A DNA stretch of 64,000 nucleotides from Hydrurus foetidus (Eukaryota). Both the position numbers and the translations under genes were made by a program. This document shows positions 10,472-21,293 of this stretch, one piece after another. The notes under the pieces were generated by a model. It searched no databases. It worked only from the letters and a program-made list of their open reading frames with translations, and was not told where the DNA came from. The stretch lies in NCBI GenBank assembly GCA_900617105.1, contig UYFQ01000004.1:62001-126000 (forward strand), written 5' to 3'. Position 1 is the first letter of the stretch; each line of letters opens with the position of its first letter.

Positions 10472-12397
10472 TCAGGTCGAGGTCACTTCGCGCACGCCGG
10501 GTCCTGTCGCACCATCAAAGCCCAACTCGATCAAAGCCGCCAGCTCCGCGCCCGTCGCCACACCTTCGGCCAGCACTTGCAGGCCGATGTTGTGTGCGAT
10601 GCTGCACAGCCCTTTCAGGAATGCCGCGTTTCCTGCGTTCGCCTCCACACCGCGAATGAAACTGGCGTCCACCTTCAGGTAATCCAACCCCAAGTCGTGC
10701 AGCATACCGATCTGGCTGAAGTGGTGTCCAAAGTGCTCCAGGCCTATCCGGCAACCGCGGACTTTGAGGGCTCGGCACAACTCCCGCAGACCGGCCAGAT
10801 GCTGTAAGGCGCCCGACTCTGACACTTCCAGCCACAAGCGGGGAACCACGGCGAGGTGGGCATCCAGCAGAACCAGCAACTTGGCATGGAACGCCGCGTC
10901 CTCCAGCGAACTGGCGGACAGGTTGATCGCCAGACCAGGCAACTGGGGTTGACTCTCCAACTCCGACAGACCGAGGGCCACTGCAGCCAGATCCAGCGCA
11001 GGAGTCAGTTTCAGGCGCTCTGCAATCGGCAAGAACCGCCCTGCAGGCAGCCACTCGCCCTTTTCATCAAACATCAGGCGTAGCGGACACTCCCGGTGCG
11101 AAAGCTGGCCCTGCCCATCCACCACGGGAAAGGAGATCAAGCGCACCCAGCCATGCTCCAGCGCCCGCAGGATCATCACCTCCCACTGCTCCGAGGTTCG
11201 GGGCATCTCATGCGGACTGTCTGCCAACGCCTCGCGCACGCTGTTGGCACCATCTGCCTGAGCACCGGCCAAGGCTAGATCCACACGCGCCAGCAATGCC
11301 CCCAAGTCCGCGCCTTGGGCAAACCGCCCCACACCAATCCAGGCGGCCGTCTGACCATCCACATAAGGCCCGGCAACCTGCACTAGATGGTCCAACAACC
11401 GATGGGCAGCCGTCGCATCCGCGGGCTCCAACGGCAAAAGCACCGCAAAGTCTGCACCGTTCAAGCGTGCCGCCACTCCGTGCGAGGCACTGTCCACACA
11501 GACCTGCACCGCCCTAGCCGTGACGCGCACATAGTCATCGGTCGCCGCACGCCCCAATCGTCGGTTGATGCCGGCAAGATCCGCTAACCGGATCAACAGC
11601 AGCACCCCTCCCGCCGAGTCGTCGCCGTCCACCCATTGGCGCAGGCGTGCCATGAAATGACTGCGATTGGCCAAACCCGTGAGCGAATCAAAGTTGGCTT
11701 CTTTGCGCACCAACTCCAGCCGCGAAGCCTCCTCTTCGAACATGGATTTCAATCGTCCCACAGTAGCGTTCATCGCCACTGCCAGCTGCTTAAGTTCTGG
11801 CACCGTGGGCAACTCCACCGTCACAAAGCGACGCTGGGTAATGGCATTGGCCTGCTCGATTACTGTGCGCAACGGCCCGCGAATCCGCCCCAACACCATG
11901 GACCCCAACAAACCACCCACCACCCCGGCCAGCGACAGGGCCAGCACCATTTCGTAGGCAGTCTTCCAAAGCGCACCATAGGCAAAGCGGCTGTGGCTAA
12001 TCAGCGTCACTGTGCCAAACTGCTTCCAGCCGCTGCTGATCTGGGCCTGCCCCGGTGTGGCGGTGATAGGCAGCAAGTGCGCAAACCAGGCAGGGGCGTC
12101 CAGATCCTTGGCATCGCCAACACGCTCGGAAATCAACTTGCCGGCGGGGTCCGTCACACGGATTAATTCGTAGTGCCCGCTGTCAAACAGCGACGCAACC
12201 ACCAGATCCACTGTCACCGCGTCCGGGTTACTTTGACTCAGCGACAGGGCCAAAGCCGTGGCGTTATCCGTGTTTTTAATCGAGAGCTGGGAACCCAAAT
12301 AGCTGCGGGCACTCAGCATGGAGGCCAGCAAACCGCCACCCAAGGCCAGCAGCATGCTGACCACGATCGCGAGCCATAGTTGACGGTACATTGACAT
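10472..12397 (-). CDS. lapD: LapD/MoxY-type c-di-GMP receptor (periplasmic domain, HAMP, degenerate GGDEF and EAL)
   Basis: MSMYRQLW N-terminus, two TM helices, D.LTGLANR, degenerate NGADF, EAL domain with LKVDASF and AEGV. ATG at 12397 has GAGGA upstream. Directly downstream of lapG. Confidence 0.9.
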   Translation of the reverse strand: MSMYRQLWLAIVVSMLLALGGGLLASMLSARSYLGSQLSIKNTDNATALALSLSQSNPDAVTVDLVVASLFDSGHYELIRVTDPAGKLISERVGDAKDLDAPAWFAHLLPITATPGQAQISSGWKQFGTVTLISHSRFAYGALWKTAYEMVLALSLAGVVGGLLGSMVLGRIRGPLRTVIEQANAITQRRFVTVELPTVPELKQLAVAMNATVGRLKSMFEEEASRLELVRKEANFDSLTGLANRSHFMARLRQWVDGDDSAGGVLLLIRLADLAGINRRLGRAATDDYVRVTARAVQVCVDSASHGVAARLNGADFAVLLPLEPADATAAHRLLDHLVQVAGPYVDGQTAAWIGVGRFAQGADLGALLARVDLALAGAQADGANSVREALADSPHEMPRTSEQWEVMILRALEHGWVRLISFPVVDGQGQLSHRECPLRLMFDEKGEWLPAGRFLPIAERLKLTPALDLAAVALGLSELESQPQLPGLAINLSASSLEDAAFHAKLLVLLDAHLAVVPRLWLEVSESGALQHLAGLRELCRALKVRGCRIGLEHFGHHFSQIGMLHDLGLDYLKVDASFIRGVEANAGNAAFLKGLCSIAHNIGLQVLAEGVATGAELAALIELGFDGATGPGVREVTST

Positions 12398-12420
12398 TTC
12401 GATTTCCTCTCGCAAGCAAT

Positions 12421-13113
12421 CTATTCAAAACCTTCGGCCTTCGCACGACGCAGCAAATCTTCCCAGCGGGACAACCGCCCCGTCCCCCCCGCTGCAGCGG
12501 CTTCGCCCCCACCGATGCCGGCAAACACACCAGCACTGTTGAAACTGAATACAGGAATCAGATCCGGCCTGCGCGATGCCGGGCGAATCTCCGGAATCAG
12601 GTTGTCCAGGATGAGCGGCTCGGCCTCGGGCTGTGCGTAATAGGCCAGCACCATGTGGGCTTGTGTGGGGGCGCCCTCCGCACCGCCTGTCTTGGCCCGA
12701 ACATAAATCAACCGCAGCTTCTCAGGCGCTACGCCGGTCTGCAGCAGCGTGAAATACTTGGCAATGGCAAAGTCTTCACAATCGCCTGCACCGCGCCCCA
12801 ACGACTCCATGGGAGTCGCCCAATAGTCCAATTGCCCCCACACCACCATGTCATCGGCAAACTGCATCTGTTGGTTGAAAAACTGGTTCACCCGCTTGAT
12901 GCGCTCGGCATCGGGGGCGGCCACGTTGTTTTGAATCAGGCCACGCCAGGCTGTGAACTTGGGGGCCAGACCATTGCCCCAGCGTTGCGTCAATGTGGCC
13001 AGAAGGCGATCGAAATCAGCAGCTCCCTGGACCGTCCTCACAGTGCCCAGCAAGACCGCCAAGAACAAGATTGCAGCAACCCATTTGTGGAGATAACGCA
13101 GTGCGAGCACCAT
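12421..13113 (-). CDS. lapG: LapG-type periplasmic transglutaminase-like cysteine protease
   Basis: Signal peptide; DYWATP...GDCEDFAIAKY, HMVLAYY and ILDNL give a Cys-His-Asp triad. Confidence 0.92.
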   Translation of the reverse strand: MVLALRYLHKWVAAILFLAVLLGTVRTVQGAADFDRLLATLTQRWGNGLAPKFTAWRGLIQNNVAAPDAERIKRVNQFFNQQMQFADDMVVWGQLDYWATPMESLGRGAGDCEDFAIAKYFTLLQTGVAPEKLRLIYVRAKTGGAEGAPTQAHMVLAYYAQPEAEPLILDNLIPEIRPASRRPDLIPVFSFNSAGVFAGIGGGEAAAAGGTGRLSRWEDLLRRAKAEGFE

Positions 13114-13334
13114 TCCAGTCTGCTTTCGTCTGCAGGCATCAGCCGCAGAAAAATCCTGATAACGTGAAATTCATTGCACTTGATCTTGGTTTTTCCAACG
13201 CGCCTAGGCCAGCAAGGTGTGCTAAAAATAGGTTGCTGGCCGATAATCAATGGATGGGCGCTCGCATTGAGGTTAGCACAGCGCTCCATTCCACACACAA
13301 GCCTGGCGAGCTTGAATTCAAAGAAGCTTCTACC

Positions 13335-15188
13335 ATGAACCGACTGACCGCAATCAGCCAAGCGATTGCGCTTATCGCCCTCTCCGTGGGTGCCCACGCA
13401 CAGACCACCCAAGTGCCGTCTCCGGCCCACTTGAAGGATGCGGTAGAGCGCGCCATTCTGCAGAACCCCGAAGTCAAACTGCGCTTCCACAATTTCGAAG
13501 CCTCACGAGAAGAGCGCAAATCGGCTGAAGGCGGCTGGCTCCCCAAGGTGGACCTGGAAGCCGCCACCTCGTCCAACCAGACGCTGAAGCCTTACCTTTC
13601 GTCTACCACGTCCTACAACGGCAACCGCGCCTCCATCCAGTTGCGCCAAACCCTGTTCGATGGCTTTGCCACCCTGAACGATGTGCGCCGCCTGAGCTAT
13701 GCCCAGCAGAGCGCGTTTTACGAGCTGCAATCGGCCAGTAACCAGACCGGGCTGGAAGTCGCCCGCGCCTACCTGGATGTGATTCGCTACCGTGAACTCG
13801 TAGAGATGGCGGCAGATAACTTGATCACCCACCAGGAGGTGTACGGCCGCCTGAACCAGAAGGTGCAAGCCGGCGTGGGCCGCCGCGTGGACCTGGAGCA
13901 GGCCGCAGGCCGCATGGCCCTGGCAGAGTCAAACTGGCTCACCGAAGTTAGCAACTTACACGATGTTTCGGCACGCTATCAGCGCCTGGTAGGTGACACG
14001 CCGGCTGACAACTTGCCACCGCCCCCCTCACTGGCAGGCCAGATGCCCCCGGGCATCGAATTCTTGCGCGGTGCGGTGGCCAGGAACCCCGACTTTCTGG
14101 GTGCGGTCGCCACCCTGCGTGCCTACCGCGCCGACCTGAACCTGCGCAAAGCGCCCATGTACCCCACGCTGGAGTTCCGGGCACGCCAAAGCTATGAGAC
14201 CAACCAGAGCGGCGTGGTTGGCGACTACCGCGACTCCACGCTGGAGCTGGTGCTGAACTACAACCTGTACCGCGGTGGTTCCGACGTCACCCGGATCAAA
14301 CAGTACGCGGCCAAACTCAATTCAGCCTATGACTTGCGGGACAAGGCCTGCCGCGATGTCTGGCAGACCGGGCAAATTGCCTACAACGACTCGGTGCGCA
14401 TTGCCTCACAAATCAGACTGCTGGCACAGCACGAGTTGTCCACCTCCAAGGCCCGTGTGGCCTACCAGCAGCAATTTGACATTGGCCAGCGCTCGCTGCT
14501 GGACTTGCTGGACACCGAAAACGAGTACTACCAATCCCGCCGCGCGCTGGCCAATGCCGAGTACGACCTGCAACTGGCCCATGCCCGGGTGCTGGCGTCG
14601 TCAGGCTCGCTGTTGGAGGCGCTGAAGCTGCAAGCCCTTTCCAACACCCTGCCCGAGGTGAAGGGCGGCAGGGAAGACGATGACGAGCTGATGGAATGCA
14701 GCAACCACACCCTGCCCTCGATTGAGAAGACCCCGGTGCCGGTCATCGTGGCCAAGCTTCCCCCAGTGGAGCCCGCCCCCCTGCCCGCGGTATCTGCCCC
14801 CATCAAAGCTCTCGCCCCGGACCCGGTGGCACAGGCCTGCACCCAGGTACCGCAATCGGTGCAGACCTGGCTGGCGGCATGGAACTCCAAGGACGGCAAC
14901 GGCTACCTGGGCCACTACGCGGAGAACTTCGTTCCCGCCTTGGGCCTGAGCCGTGGCGCCTGGGAGTCTCTGCGCAAGAAGCGCATTGACAAGCAGGGTG
15001 GTATCCAGGCCACGGTAAGCGACATCAAACCGCTGGCCTGTGACGCCAAGAACGCCGAGGTGTCGTTCAAACAGGAATATGGCTCGGTGGACTACCGCGA
15101 CTCAGTGGAGAAGACCTTGTCCCTGGTCCGTGTGGGCGATGCCTGGAAGATCGTGCGCGAAACCGTGACCAAGGGCCGCACTTTCTAA
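13335..15188 (+). CDS. TolC-family T1SS outer-membrane channel (LapE/AggA-like) with a C-terminal NTF2-like domain
   Basis: Start re-assigned to ATG 13335 (signal peptide MNRLTAISQAIALIALSVGAHA). OEP motifs (LRQTLFDGF, QFDIGQRSLLDLLDTENE), then a Pro-rich linker and W.AAW..KD...Y...Y...F...WKIVRE. Confidence 0.88.
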   Translation: MNRLTAISQAIALIALSVGAHAQTTQVPSPAHLKDAVERAILQNPEVKLRFHNFEASREERKSAEGGWLPKVDLEAATSSNQTLKPYLSSTTSYNGNRASIQLRQTLFDGFATLNDVRRLSYAQQSAFYELQSASNQTGLEVARAYLDVIRYRELVEMAADNLITHQEVYGRLNQKVQAGVGRRVDLEQAAGRMALAESNWLTEVSNLHDVSARYQRLVGDTPADNLPPPPSLAGQMPPGIEFLRGAVARNPDFLGAVATLRAYRADLNLRKAPMYPTLEFRARQSYETNQSGVVGDYRDSTLELVLNYNLYRGGSDVTRIKQYAAKLNSAYDLRDKACRDVWQTGQIAYNDSVRIASQIRLLAQHELSTSKARVAYQQQFDIGQRSLLDLLDTENEYYQSRRALANAEYDLQLAHARVLASSGSLLEALKLQALSNTLPEVKGGREDDDELMECSNHTLPSIEKTPVPVIVAKLPPVEPAPLPAVSAPIKALAPDPVAQACTQVPQSVQTWLAAWNSKDGNGYLGHYAENFVPALGLSRGAWESLRKKRIDKQGGIQATVSDIKPLACDAKNAEVSFKQEYGSVDYRDSVEKTLSLVRVGDAWKIVRETVTKGRTF

Positions 15189-15202
15189 GCGATCCACCCA
15201 TG

Positions 15203-15230
15203 AAAAAAGCGACCCTCGGGTCGCTTTTTT
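15203..15230. terminator. Bidirectional rho-independent terminator
   Basis: AAAAAAGCGACCC-TC-GGGTCGCTTTTTT, a perfect inverted repeat between the convergent tolC and ssb genes. Confidence 0.9.
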
Positions 15231-15251
15231 ATTGTCAGATGGCGGGGAATG

Positions 15252-15758
15252 TCAAAAGGGAATGTCGTCATCCATGTCGTCAAACCCGCTGGCAGGGCGC
15301 GGGGCCGGGGCTTGGCGGGGTGCCGGCGCAGGGGCCGCAGCGCGCGGCGCGGCGGCCGGTGCCATACGGCGCGGAGGCGGCGCACCGCCTTCGTCTCCGC
15401 CATCGGAGGGACCACCCATGCCTTCTCGGCCGCCCAGCAGTTGCAGCTCAGTGGCCACAATGTCCACGGTGTTCTTTTCCACGCCGGCCTGGTCGATGTA
15501 TTTGCCGTACTTCAGGCGGCCTTCCACATAGATGGGGCGGCCCTTCTTCACGTATTCGCCAGCGATTTCGGCCAGGCGGTCATAAAAGGTGACGCGGTGC
15601 CACTCCGTAGTTTCAATGCTTTCGCCGGTGTTTTTGTCCTTGCGGCGGCTGCTGGTGGCCACGCTGACGTTCGCCACGGCCTGGCCCGAGGGCAGATAGC
15701 GGATTTCGGGGTCGCGACCGCAGTTGCCGACCAGGATGACTTTGTTGACGGATGCCAT
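15252..15758 (-). CDS. ssb: Single-stranded DNA-binding protein
   Basis: MASVNKVILVGN...DPEIRY, TEWHRV, acidic C-terminus DDDIPF. Confidence 0.98.
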   Translation of the reverse strand: MASVNKVILVGNCGRDPEIRYLPSGQAVANVSVATSSRRKDKNTGESIETTEWHRVTFYDRLAEIAGEYVKKGRPIYVEGRLKYGKYIDQAGVEKNTVDIVATELQLLGGREGMGGPSDGGDEGGAPPPRRMAPAAAPRAAAPAPAPRQAPAPRPASGFDDMDDDIPF

Positions 15759-15788
15759 GGTTTTCTCCAGATTAGGTTTTGCTTTTGA

Positions 15789-16976
15789 TTATCCAGCGTT
15801 TATAGCGCCCCGCGGCGTGGGGGCCTGCATGGGCCAGGCAAACACCAGCCAGGCCAGCATGCCTGCCGCGCAGGCACCAAACAGGCCCTGTGGGCCCGCA
15901 TGTTTGACCAGCCAGCCGCCCGCCGCACCGCCGACAAAAAGCCCCAGCGACTGCAGCGTGTTGTAGACGCCCAGTGCCGCACCCCTGGCGTGCGCCGGTG
16001 CCGCCCGCGAGGCCAGACTGGGCTGGCTGGCCTCCAGCACGTTGAAACCGCAGAAAAAAACAAACAGCAGCAAGGCCAGCCCGACCACCGTGGGAGTGCC
16101 CGTTGACAGTAGCATCAACGCCAGCTGCACCAGCGCAATCAGACCCACCGCGCACAAAAAGACCGCACGCAGGTAGCCGCGCTTTTCCAGCGGAAACAGG
16201 GTCGCACCCATCACCCCAAAAGAGACCAGGGTGGCGGGCAGGTACACCCACCAGTGGTGTTCCTTCGCCAGGCCCGCCTGCACCAGCAAGGTCGGCAGGG
16301 CCACCCACATAGCGAGCTGAACCGCGTGCAACACAAACACGCCCAGGTTCAGACGCCACAGCGTGGGCTGGCGCAGCACCTCACGCAGCCCGCCGCGCGC
16401 TAGGCCCACATGCACAAGAGGTTCATTTGGCACCCACCACAGCACGACGGCGATGCCGCCCAGCGCCAAAACACCGGTCAGGGCGAACATGCCGTTCAGG
16501 CCCAACACCGCATTCAGCACAGGGGACAGCACCAAAGACAGCGCAAACACCAGCCCAATGCTGGCGCCCACCATCGCCATGGCCTTGGTGCGGACGGCAT
16601 CGCGCGTCTGGTCGGCCAGCAGGGCTGTGATGGCGGCCGAAATGGCGCCGGCCCCCTGCACGGCGCGACCCGCCACCAGCCAGCCCAGCGTGGGCGCCAG
16701 AGCCGCCAACAGACTTCCGCCCGCAAACACCAACAGGCCCAGCACCATCACGCGCTTGCGACCAAAACGGTCGGACGCCATACCAAACGGAATCTGCAGC
16801 AGCCCTTGCGTCAAGCCGTAAATGCCCATGGCCAGGCCCACCAGCGCGGGGTCGTCGCCCCCTGGATAGCGGCGCGCTTCCAGTGAAAAAACCGGTAAAA
16901 CCAGGAAAAGCCCCAGCATGCGCAGGGCAAATATGAGGGCCAAAGAGACGCTGGAACGACGCTCTTGCGGCGTCAT
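15789..16976 (-). CDS. MFS transporter (YajR-like); start may lie slightly upstream
   Basis: About 12 hydrophobic segments, [12 protein letters not shown], motif A G..SDRFGRK. Usual uvrA-MFS-ssb context. Confidence 0.88.
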   Translation of the reverse strand: MTPQERRSSVSLALIFALRMLGLFLVLPVFSLEARRYPGGDDPALVGLAMGIYGLTQGLLQIPFGMASDRFGRKRVMVLGLLVFAGGSLLAALAPTLGWLVAGRAVQGAGAISAAITALLADQTRDAVRTKAMAMVGASIGLVFALSLVLSPVLNAVLGLNGMFALTGVLALGGIAVVLWWVPNEPLVHVGLARGGLREVLRQPTLWRLNLGVFVLHAVQLAMWVALPTLLVQAGLAKEHHWWVYLPATLVSFGVMGATLFPLEKRGYLRAVFLCAVGLIALVQLALMLLSTGTPTVVGLALLLFVFFCGFNVLEASQPSLASRAAPAHARGAALGVYNTLQSLGLFVGGAAGGWLVKHAGPQGLFGACAAGMLAWLVFAWPMQAPTPRGAINAG

Positions 16977-17089
16977 GGTGGTGTCGGGCAGGGCGGGCGT
17001 GGGCAAAACGGGCACTCGTAGGCAAATGGCGGCACAAACCCGGGTCGGGCGGCGCAAGCCGACATTGTCTATCATGGCGGGTTACTCTT

Positions 17090-20000
17090 TTGGCGGCCAC
17101 GAACTTGAACTCTCCTACTGACGACGGCAAATCCTTGGTGCACCAAGAGGATGGCAAGTACCTTGCCAGGGCCCTGCAGCAGCAAAACATCAGCGTGCGG
17201 GGTGCGCGCACCCACAACCTGAAAAACATCGACCTGGACATCCCGCGCAACCAACTGGTGGTGATCACCGGCTTGTCGGGGTCCGGCAAGTCCAGCCTGG
17301 CGTTTGACACGCTGTATGCCGAGGGTCAGCGCCGCTATGTGGAAAGCCTGAGCACCTACGCGCGCCAGTTTTTGCAGCTCATGGACAAGCCCGATGTGGA
17401 CTTGATCGAGGGTCTGTCGCCCGCCATCTCCATCGAGCAAAAGGCCACCAGCCACAACCCCCGCTCTACCGTGGGCACCGTGACCGAGATCCACGACTAC
17501 CTGCGCCTGCTGTTTGCCCGCGCCGGCACCCCGTTTTGCCCGGACCACAACCTGCCGCTGCAAAGCCAGACCGTGAGCCAGATGGTGGACGCCGTGCTGG
17601 CCCTGCCCGAAGACACCCGGCTGATGATCCTGGCGCCACTGGCGCGCGAGAAAAAGGGTGAGTTTCTGGACGTGTTTGCCGACATGCAGGCCCAGGGGTA
17701 TGTGCGCTTTCGCATCAATGGCGAGGCCTATGAGGCCGAGAACCTGCCCAAACTCAAGAAAACCGAGAAGCACGACATCGACGTGGTGGTAGACCGCATC
17801 AAGGTGCGCGCCGACCTGAAGCAGCGTCTGGCCGAAAGCTTTGAGGCCGCGCTGCGCCTGGCCAATGGCCGGGCCATTGCGATGGAGACGGGAACATCCA
17901 AAGACTCCGAAATTGATAGCGCCTTGCGCAATGAAGACGGGGGCCAGCGGCCTAAAGAGCACTTATTCAATGCCAAATTCGCCTGCCCCGTCTGCAGCTA
18001 TTCCATTAGCGAGCTGGAGCCTCGCCTGTTCTCGTTCAACTCGCCCGTAGGCGCCTGCCCCACCTGCGATGGTCTGGGCAACCACGAGTTCTTTGACCCC
18101 ACCCGTGTGGTCGCCTTTCCCACATTGAGCCTGGCCAGCGGCGCCATCAAGGGCTGGGACCGCCGCAATGGCTACTACTTCAGCATGCTGGAGAGCCTGG
18201 CCAAGCACTACGCGTTCGACATCGACGCCGCATTCGACAGCCTGCCCGAGGCGGTGCAAACCGCCATCCTGCAGGGTTCGGGCGAGGAAGAAATCAAGTT
18301 CAGCTACGTGATGGACTCAGGTGCTTCGCAGGGCAAGAAGGTCACCAAGAAGCACCCCTTCGAGGGAATCATCCCCAACATGCAGCGGCGCTACCGCGAG
18401 ACCGACTCGACCCTGGTGCGCGAAGAGCTGGGCCGCCTGCGCAGCACCCAGCCCTGCCCCGACTGCTTTGGCTCGCGCCTGCGCAAGGAAGCGCGCCACG
18501 TGAAGGTGGGCGAGGGCGACCAGGCCCGCGCCATTTACGAGATCAGCCACGCCACGCTGCGCGAGAGTTTCGAATACTTCAACACCCTGCAAATGCCCGG
18601 CGCGCGCGGCGAGATTGCCTCCAAGGTGATCCGCGAAATCGGCCTGCGCCTGAAGTTTTTGAACGACGTGGGCCTGAACTACCTGAGCCTGGACCGCAGC
18701 GCCGAGACACTGAGCGGCGGCGAGAGCCAGCGCATTCGACTGGCCAGCCAGATTGGCTCGGGCCTGACCGGTGTGATGTATGTGCTGGACGAGCCCAGCA
18801 TCGGCCTGCACCAGCGCGACAACGACCGCCTGATCGGCACGCTGCAACACCTGCGCGATATTGGCAACAGCGTGCTGGTGGTGGAGCACGACGAAGACAT
18901 GATGCGTGCCGCCGACCACGTGATCGACATGGGCCTGGGCGCCGGTGTGCACGGCGGGCGCGTGATCGCCCAGGGCACATTTGATGAAGTGAAGGCGAAC
19001 ACTGAATCCCTCACCGGCCAGTACCTGGCCAAAACGCTGCAGATTGAAGTGCCCAAGCGCCGCACGCCCTGGCTGCCTGTGGTGGCAGAAGCCAAACCCG
19101 TGGCCAAAGGCGTGGGCAAGGGCGCACCCAGCAAGGCCGCACAGGCCTGGGCCGAGCGCCAGGCGCACCACATTGCCACGCAAGGCAATATGCAAGCCAT
19201 TCGCGTGGTGGGCGCCAGCGGCCACAACCTCAAGGGCGTGAACGTGGACTTCCCCGTGGGCCTGCTGACCTGCGTGACGGGCGTGTCCGGCTCAGGCAAA
19301 AGCACGTTGGTGAACGACACGCTGTACGCGGCAGTTGCGCGCCAGCTCTACCGCGCGCACGATGAGCCGGCCGCGCACGAGTCGATCGACGGCATCCAGT
19401 ACTTCGACAAGGTCATCAACGTCGATCAGTCGCCGATTGGCCGCACGCCACGCTCCAACCCCGCCACCTACACCGGCTTGTTCACGCCCATCCGCGAGCT
19501 GATGGCCGAGGTGCCCATGGCGCGCGAACGCGGCTACGGCCCGGGACGCTTCAGCTTCAACGTGGCCGGTGGCCGCTGCGAAGCCTGCCAGGGGGACGGC
19601 ATGGTGAAGGTGGAGATGCACTTCTTGCCCGACGTGTATGTGCCCTGCGACGTGTGCGCGGGCCAGCGCTACAACCGCGAGACGCTGGAAGTGCTCTACA
19701 AGGGCAAGAACATCGCGCAGATTCTGGACATGACGGTAGAAGCGGCCTACGCGTTTCTGCAAGCCGTGCCCACCATCGCGCGCAAGCTGCAAACCTTGCT
19801 GGACGTGGGCCTGTCTTACATCCGCCTGGGCCAGGCGGCCACCACGCTGTCGGGCGGCGAGGCCCAGCGTGTCAAGCTGGCGCTGGAACTCAGCAAGCGC
19901 GACACCGGTCGCACGCTCTACATCCTGGACGAACCCACGACCGGCCTGCACTTTGCCGACATTGCACTCTTGCTCAAGGTGTTGCACCAATTGCGCGACG

Positions 20001-20194
20001 CGGGCAACACCATCGTCATCATCGAGCACAACCTGGACGTGATCAAAACCGCCGACTGGCTGATCGACGTCGGCCCCGAGGGCGGTGCGGGCGGCGGTAT
20101 GGTGGTGGGCGTGGGCACGCCGGAGGATATTGCGGCAAACCCGGCCAGCTACACCGGGAAATACCTGAAACCGCTGCTGCAGCTGACGACTTAA
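17090..20194 (+). CDS. uvrA: Excinuclease ABC subunit A
   Basis: Two Walker A motifs ([16 protein letters not shown]), LSGGE signatures, CxxC zinc fingers. Confidence 0.98.
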   Translation: MAATNLNSPTDDGKSLVHQEDGKYLARALQQQNISVRGARTHNLKNIDLDIPRNQLVVITGLSGSGKSSLAFDTLYAEGQRRYVESLSTYARQFLQLMDKPDVDLIEGLSPAISIEQKATSHNPRSTVGTVTEIHDYLRLLFARAGTPFCPDHNLPLQSQTVSQMVDAVLALPEDTRLMILAPLAREKKGEFLDVFADMQAQGYVRFRINGEAYEAENLPKLKKTEKHDIDVVVDRIKVRADLKQRLAESFEAALRLANGRAIAMETGTSKDSEIDSALRNEDGGQRPKEHLFNAKFACPVCSYSISELEPRLFSFNSPVGACPTCDGLGNHEFFDPTRVVAFPTLSLASGAIKGWDRRNGYYFSMLESLAKHYAFDIDAAFDSLPEAVQTAILQGSGEEEIKFSYVMDSGASQGKKVTKKHPFEGIIPNMQRRYRETDSTLVREELGRLRSTQPCPDCFGSRLRKEARHVKVGEGDQARAIYEISHATLRESFEYFNTLQMPGARGEIASKVIREIGLRLKFLNDVGLNYLSLDRSAETLSGGESQRIRLASQIGSGLTGVMYVLDEPSIGLHQRDNDRLIGTLQHLRDIGNSVLVVEHDEDMMRAADHVIDMGLGAGVHGGRVIAQGTFDEVKANTESLTGQYLAKTLQIEVPKRRTPWLPVVAEAKPVAKGVGKGAPSKAAQAWAERQAHHIATQGNMQAIRVVGASGHNLKGVNVDFPVGLLTCVTGVSGSGKSTLVNDTLYAAVARQLYRAHDEPAAHESIDGIQYFDKVINVDQSPIGRTPRSNPATYTGLFTPIRELMAEVPMARERGYGPGRFSFNVAGGRCEACQGDGMVKVEMHFLPDVYVPCDVCAGQRYNRETLEVLYKGKNIAQILDMTVEAAYAFLQAVPTIARKLQTLLDVGLSYIRLGQAATTLSGGEAQRVKLALELSKRDTGRTLYILDEPTTGLHFADIALLLKVLHQLRDAGNTIVIIEHNLDVIKTADWLIDVGPEGGAGGGMVVGVGTPEDIAANPASYTGKYLKPLLQLTT

Positions 20195-20206
20195 GCGTTT
20201 TTCTGC

Positions 20207-20251
20207 GCCAGCCCCCGTTTTGTTTGCGCCAGCAGCTATCTATTTAATAGC
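20207..20251 (+). repeat. REP-like intergenic repeat, copy 1
   Basis: AGCCCCCGT...TGCGCCAGCAGCTATCTATTTAATAGC, matching the copies at ~28300, ~39004 and ~44134. Confidence 0.75.
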
Positions 20252-20389
20252 AAAAAATAGTGGCTGCTGGTACGAGGCCTTCAGCGGCTGGGGCCTTTAC
20301 CCTGCTGCTGCCCACCACCATCGCCGCATCGCCAAAATACTGCTTGCCTTGGTAACACGCTGGCGCAAAACCCGTATCTGGAGACAAGC

Positions 20390-20572
20390 ATGCAAGATGA
20401 CGAACGCTGCTGCGGCACTGGTACCTGCCTGATCGACGCCCAGGGCCGCTGCTGGTGCGGCCAACGGTGGGATGGCGAGAAAATGTGCGCTCCAGGCTTG
20501 ACCGCCACCACGGAGCCCGGCGCTGCGACTGCGGGCAGTCATTCCGTCGCGCAACCGCACGACCCGGCATGA
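20390..20572 (+). CDS. Small cysteine-rich hypothetical protein (60 aa)
   Basis: GGAG RBS at 20380; CCGxGxC-x6-CWCG-x8-MC pattern; ATGA overlap with the next gene. Confidence 0.65.
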   Translation: MQDDERCCGTGTCLIDAQGRCWCGQRWDGEKMCAPGLTATTEPGAATAGSHSVAQPHDPA

Positions 20573-21015
20573 ACCCACCGCCTCGCCATGCCACGTGGCT
20601 GGGGTATGCCGGCCTGCTGCCTTTTGTGGGGCTTGCAGCCGCCGCCAACCTGGCACCACCGCCCTGGGCCGCACATGCCACCACCGGTTTGCTGGCGTAT
20701 GGCGCCAGCATCTTGAGTTTCATGGGCGCCATCCACTGGGGTCTGGCCATGCGCGGTGGAGAAGACGAGCCCCAGCGCGTAGCCAACATGCGGCTGCTGT
20801 GGGGCGTCACGCCCAGCCTTGTCGCCTGGATTGCGGCCATGCTGGGCGCAGCCGCAGGGCTTTGGCTGATTGTGGGTGGGCTGTGGGCTTGCTATGCCGT
20901 GGACCGCCGTGTGTACTCGGTCTACGGACTGCGCGACTGGCTGCCCATGCGACTGGTGCTCACGTGGGGCGCCACCCTCTCGTGCGGGCTGTCCGCAGGG
21001 AGGCTGCTGCTATGA
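20569..21015 (+). CDS. DUF3429-like membrane protein
   Basis: LGYAGLLPF, YGASILSFMGAIHWG, LR..LT motifs; start at the ATGA overlap. Confidence 0.8.
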   Translation: MNPPPRHATWLGYAGLLPFVGLAAAANLAPPPWAAHATTGLLAYGASILSFMGAIHWGLAMRGGEDEPQRVANMRLLWGVTPSLVAWIAAMLGAAAGLWLIVGGLWACYAVDRRVYSVYGLRDWLPMRLVLTWGATLSCGLSAGRLLL

Positions 21016-21281
21016 CGCAAGCGCCCCATCCCGCAACATGGCTTTCAGAGAGCGACATTTCGCGCATTGTGGAAATGGCGTGGGAGGACCGCACAAGCTT
21101 TGACGCCATAGAAGCCCAGTTCGGGCTCAATGAGTCAGCGGTGATTGATGTGATGCGGGCTCAGATGAAGCCCTCTTCATTTCGCATGTGGCGCAAGCGC
21201 ATGGCAGGGCGCACCACCAAGCATGCCGCCTTACGCGGCGCCGTGCATTTGCGCCACCGTGCCCGCCACACAAGGCCTTAG
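21012..21281 (+). CDS. TIGR03643/DUF2805 family protein
   Basis: RIVEMAWEDRTSFDAIEAQFGL.E..VI..MR...KPSSFRMWRKR; ATGA overlap with the previous gene. Confidence 0.85.
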   Translation: MTQAPHPATWLSESDISRIVEMAWEDRTSFDAIEAQFGLNESAVIDVMRAQMKPSSFRMWRKRMAGRTTKHAALRGAVHLRHRARHTRP

Positions 21282-21293
21282 CCTGCTGCGGCC

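Noticed and set aside
10472..12397. Active diguanylate cyclase/phosphodiesterase
   Set aside because: GGDEF reads NGADF and the EAL motif is degenerate, as expected for a LapD receptor.
12993..13334. N-terminal extension of the TolC ORF
   Set aside because: It overlaps lapG on the other strand; the signal peptide begins at 13335.
16977..17105. LexA (CTGT-N8-ACAG) box upstream of uvrA
   Set aside because: No match was seen.
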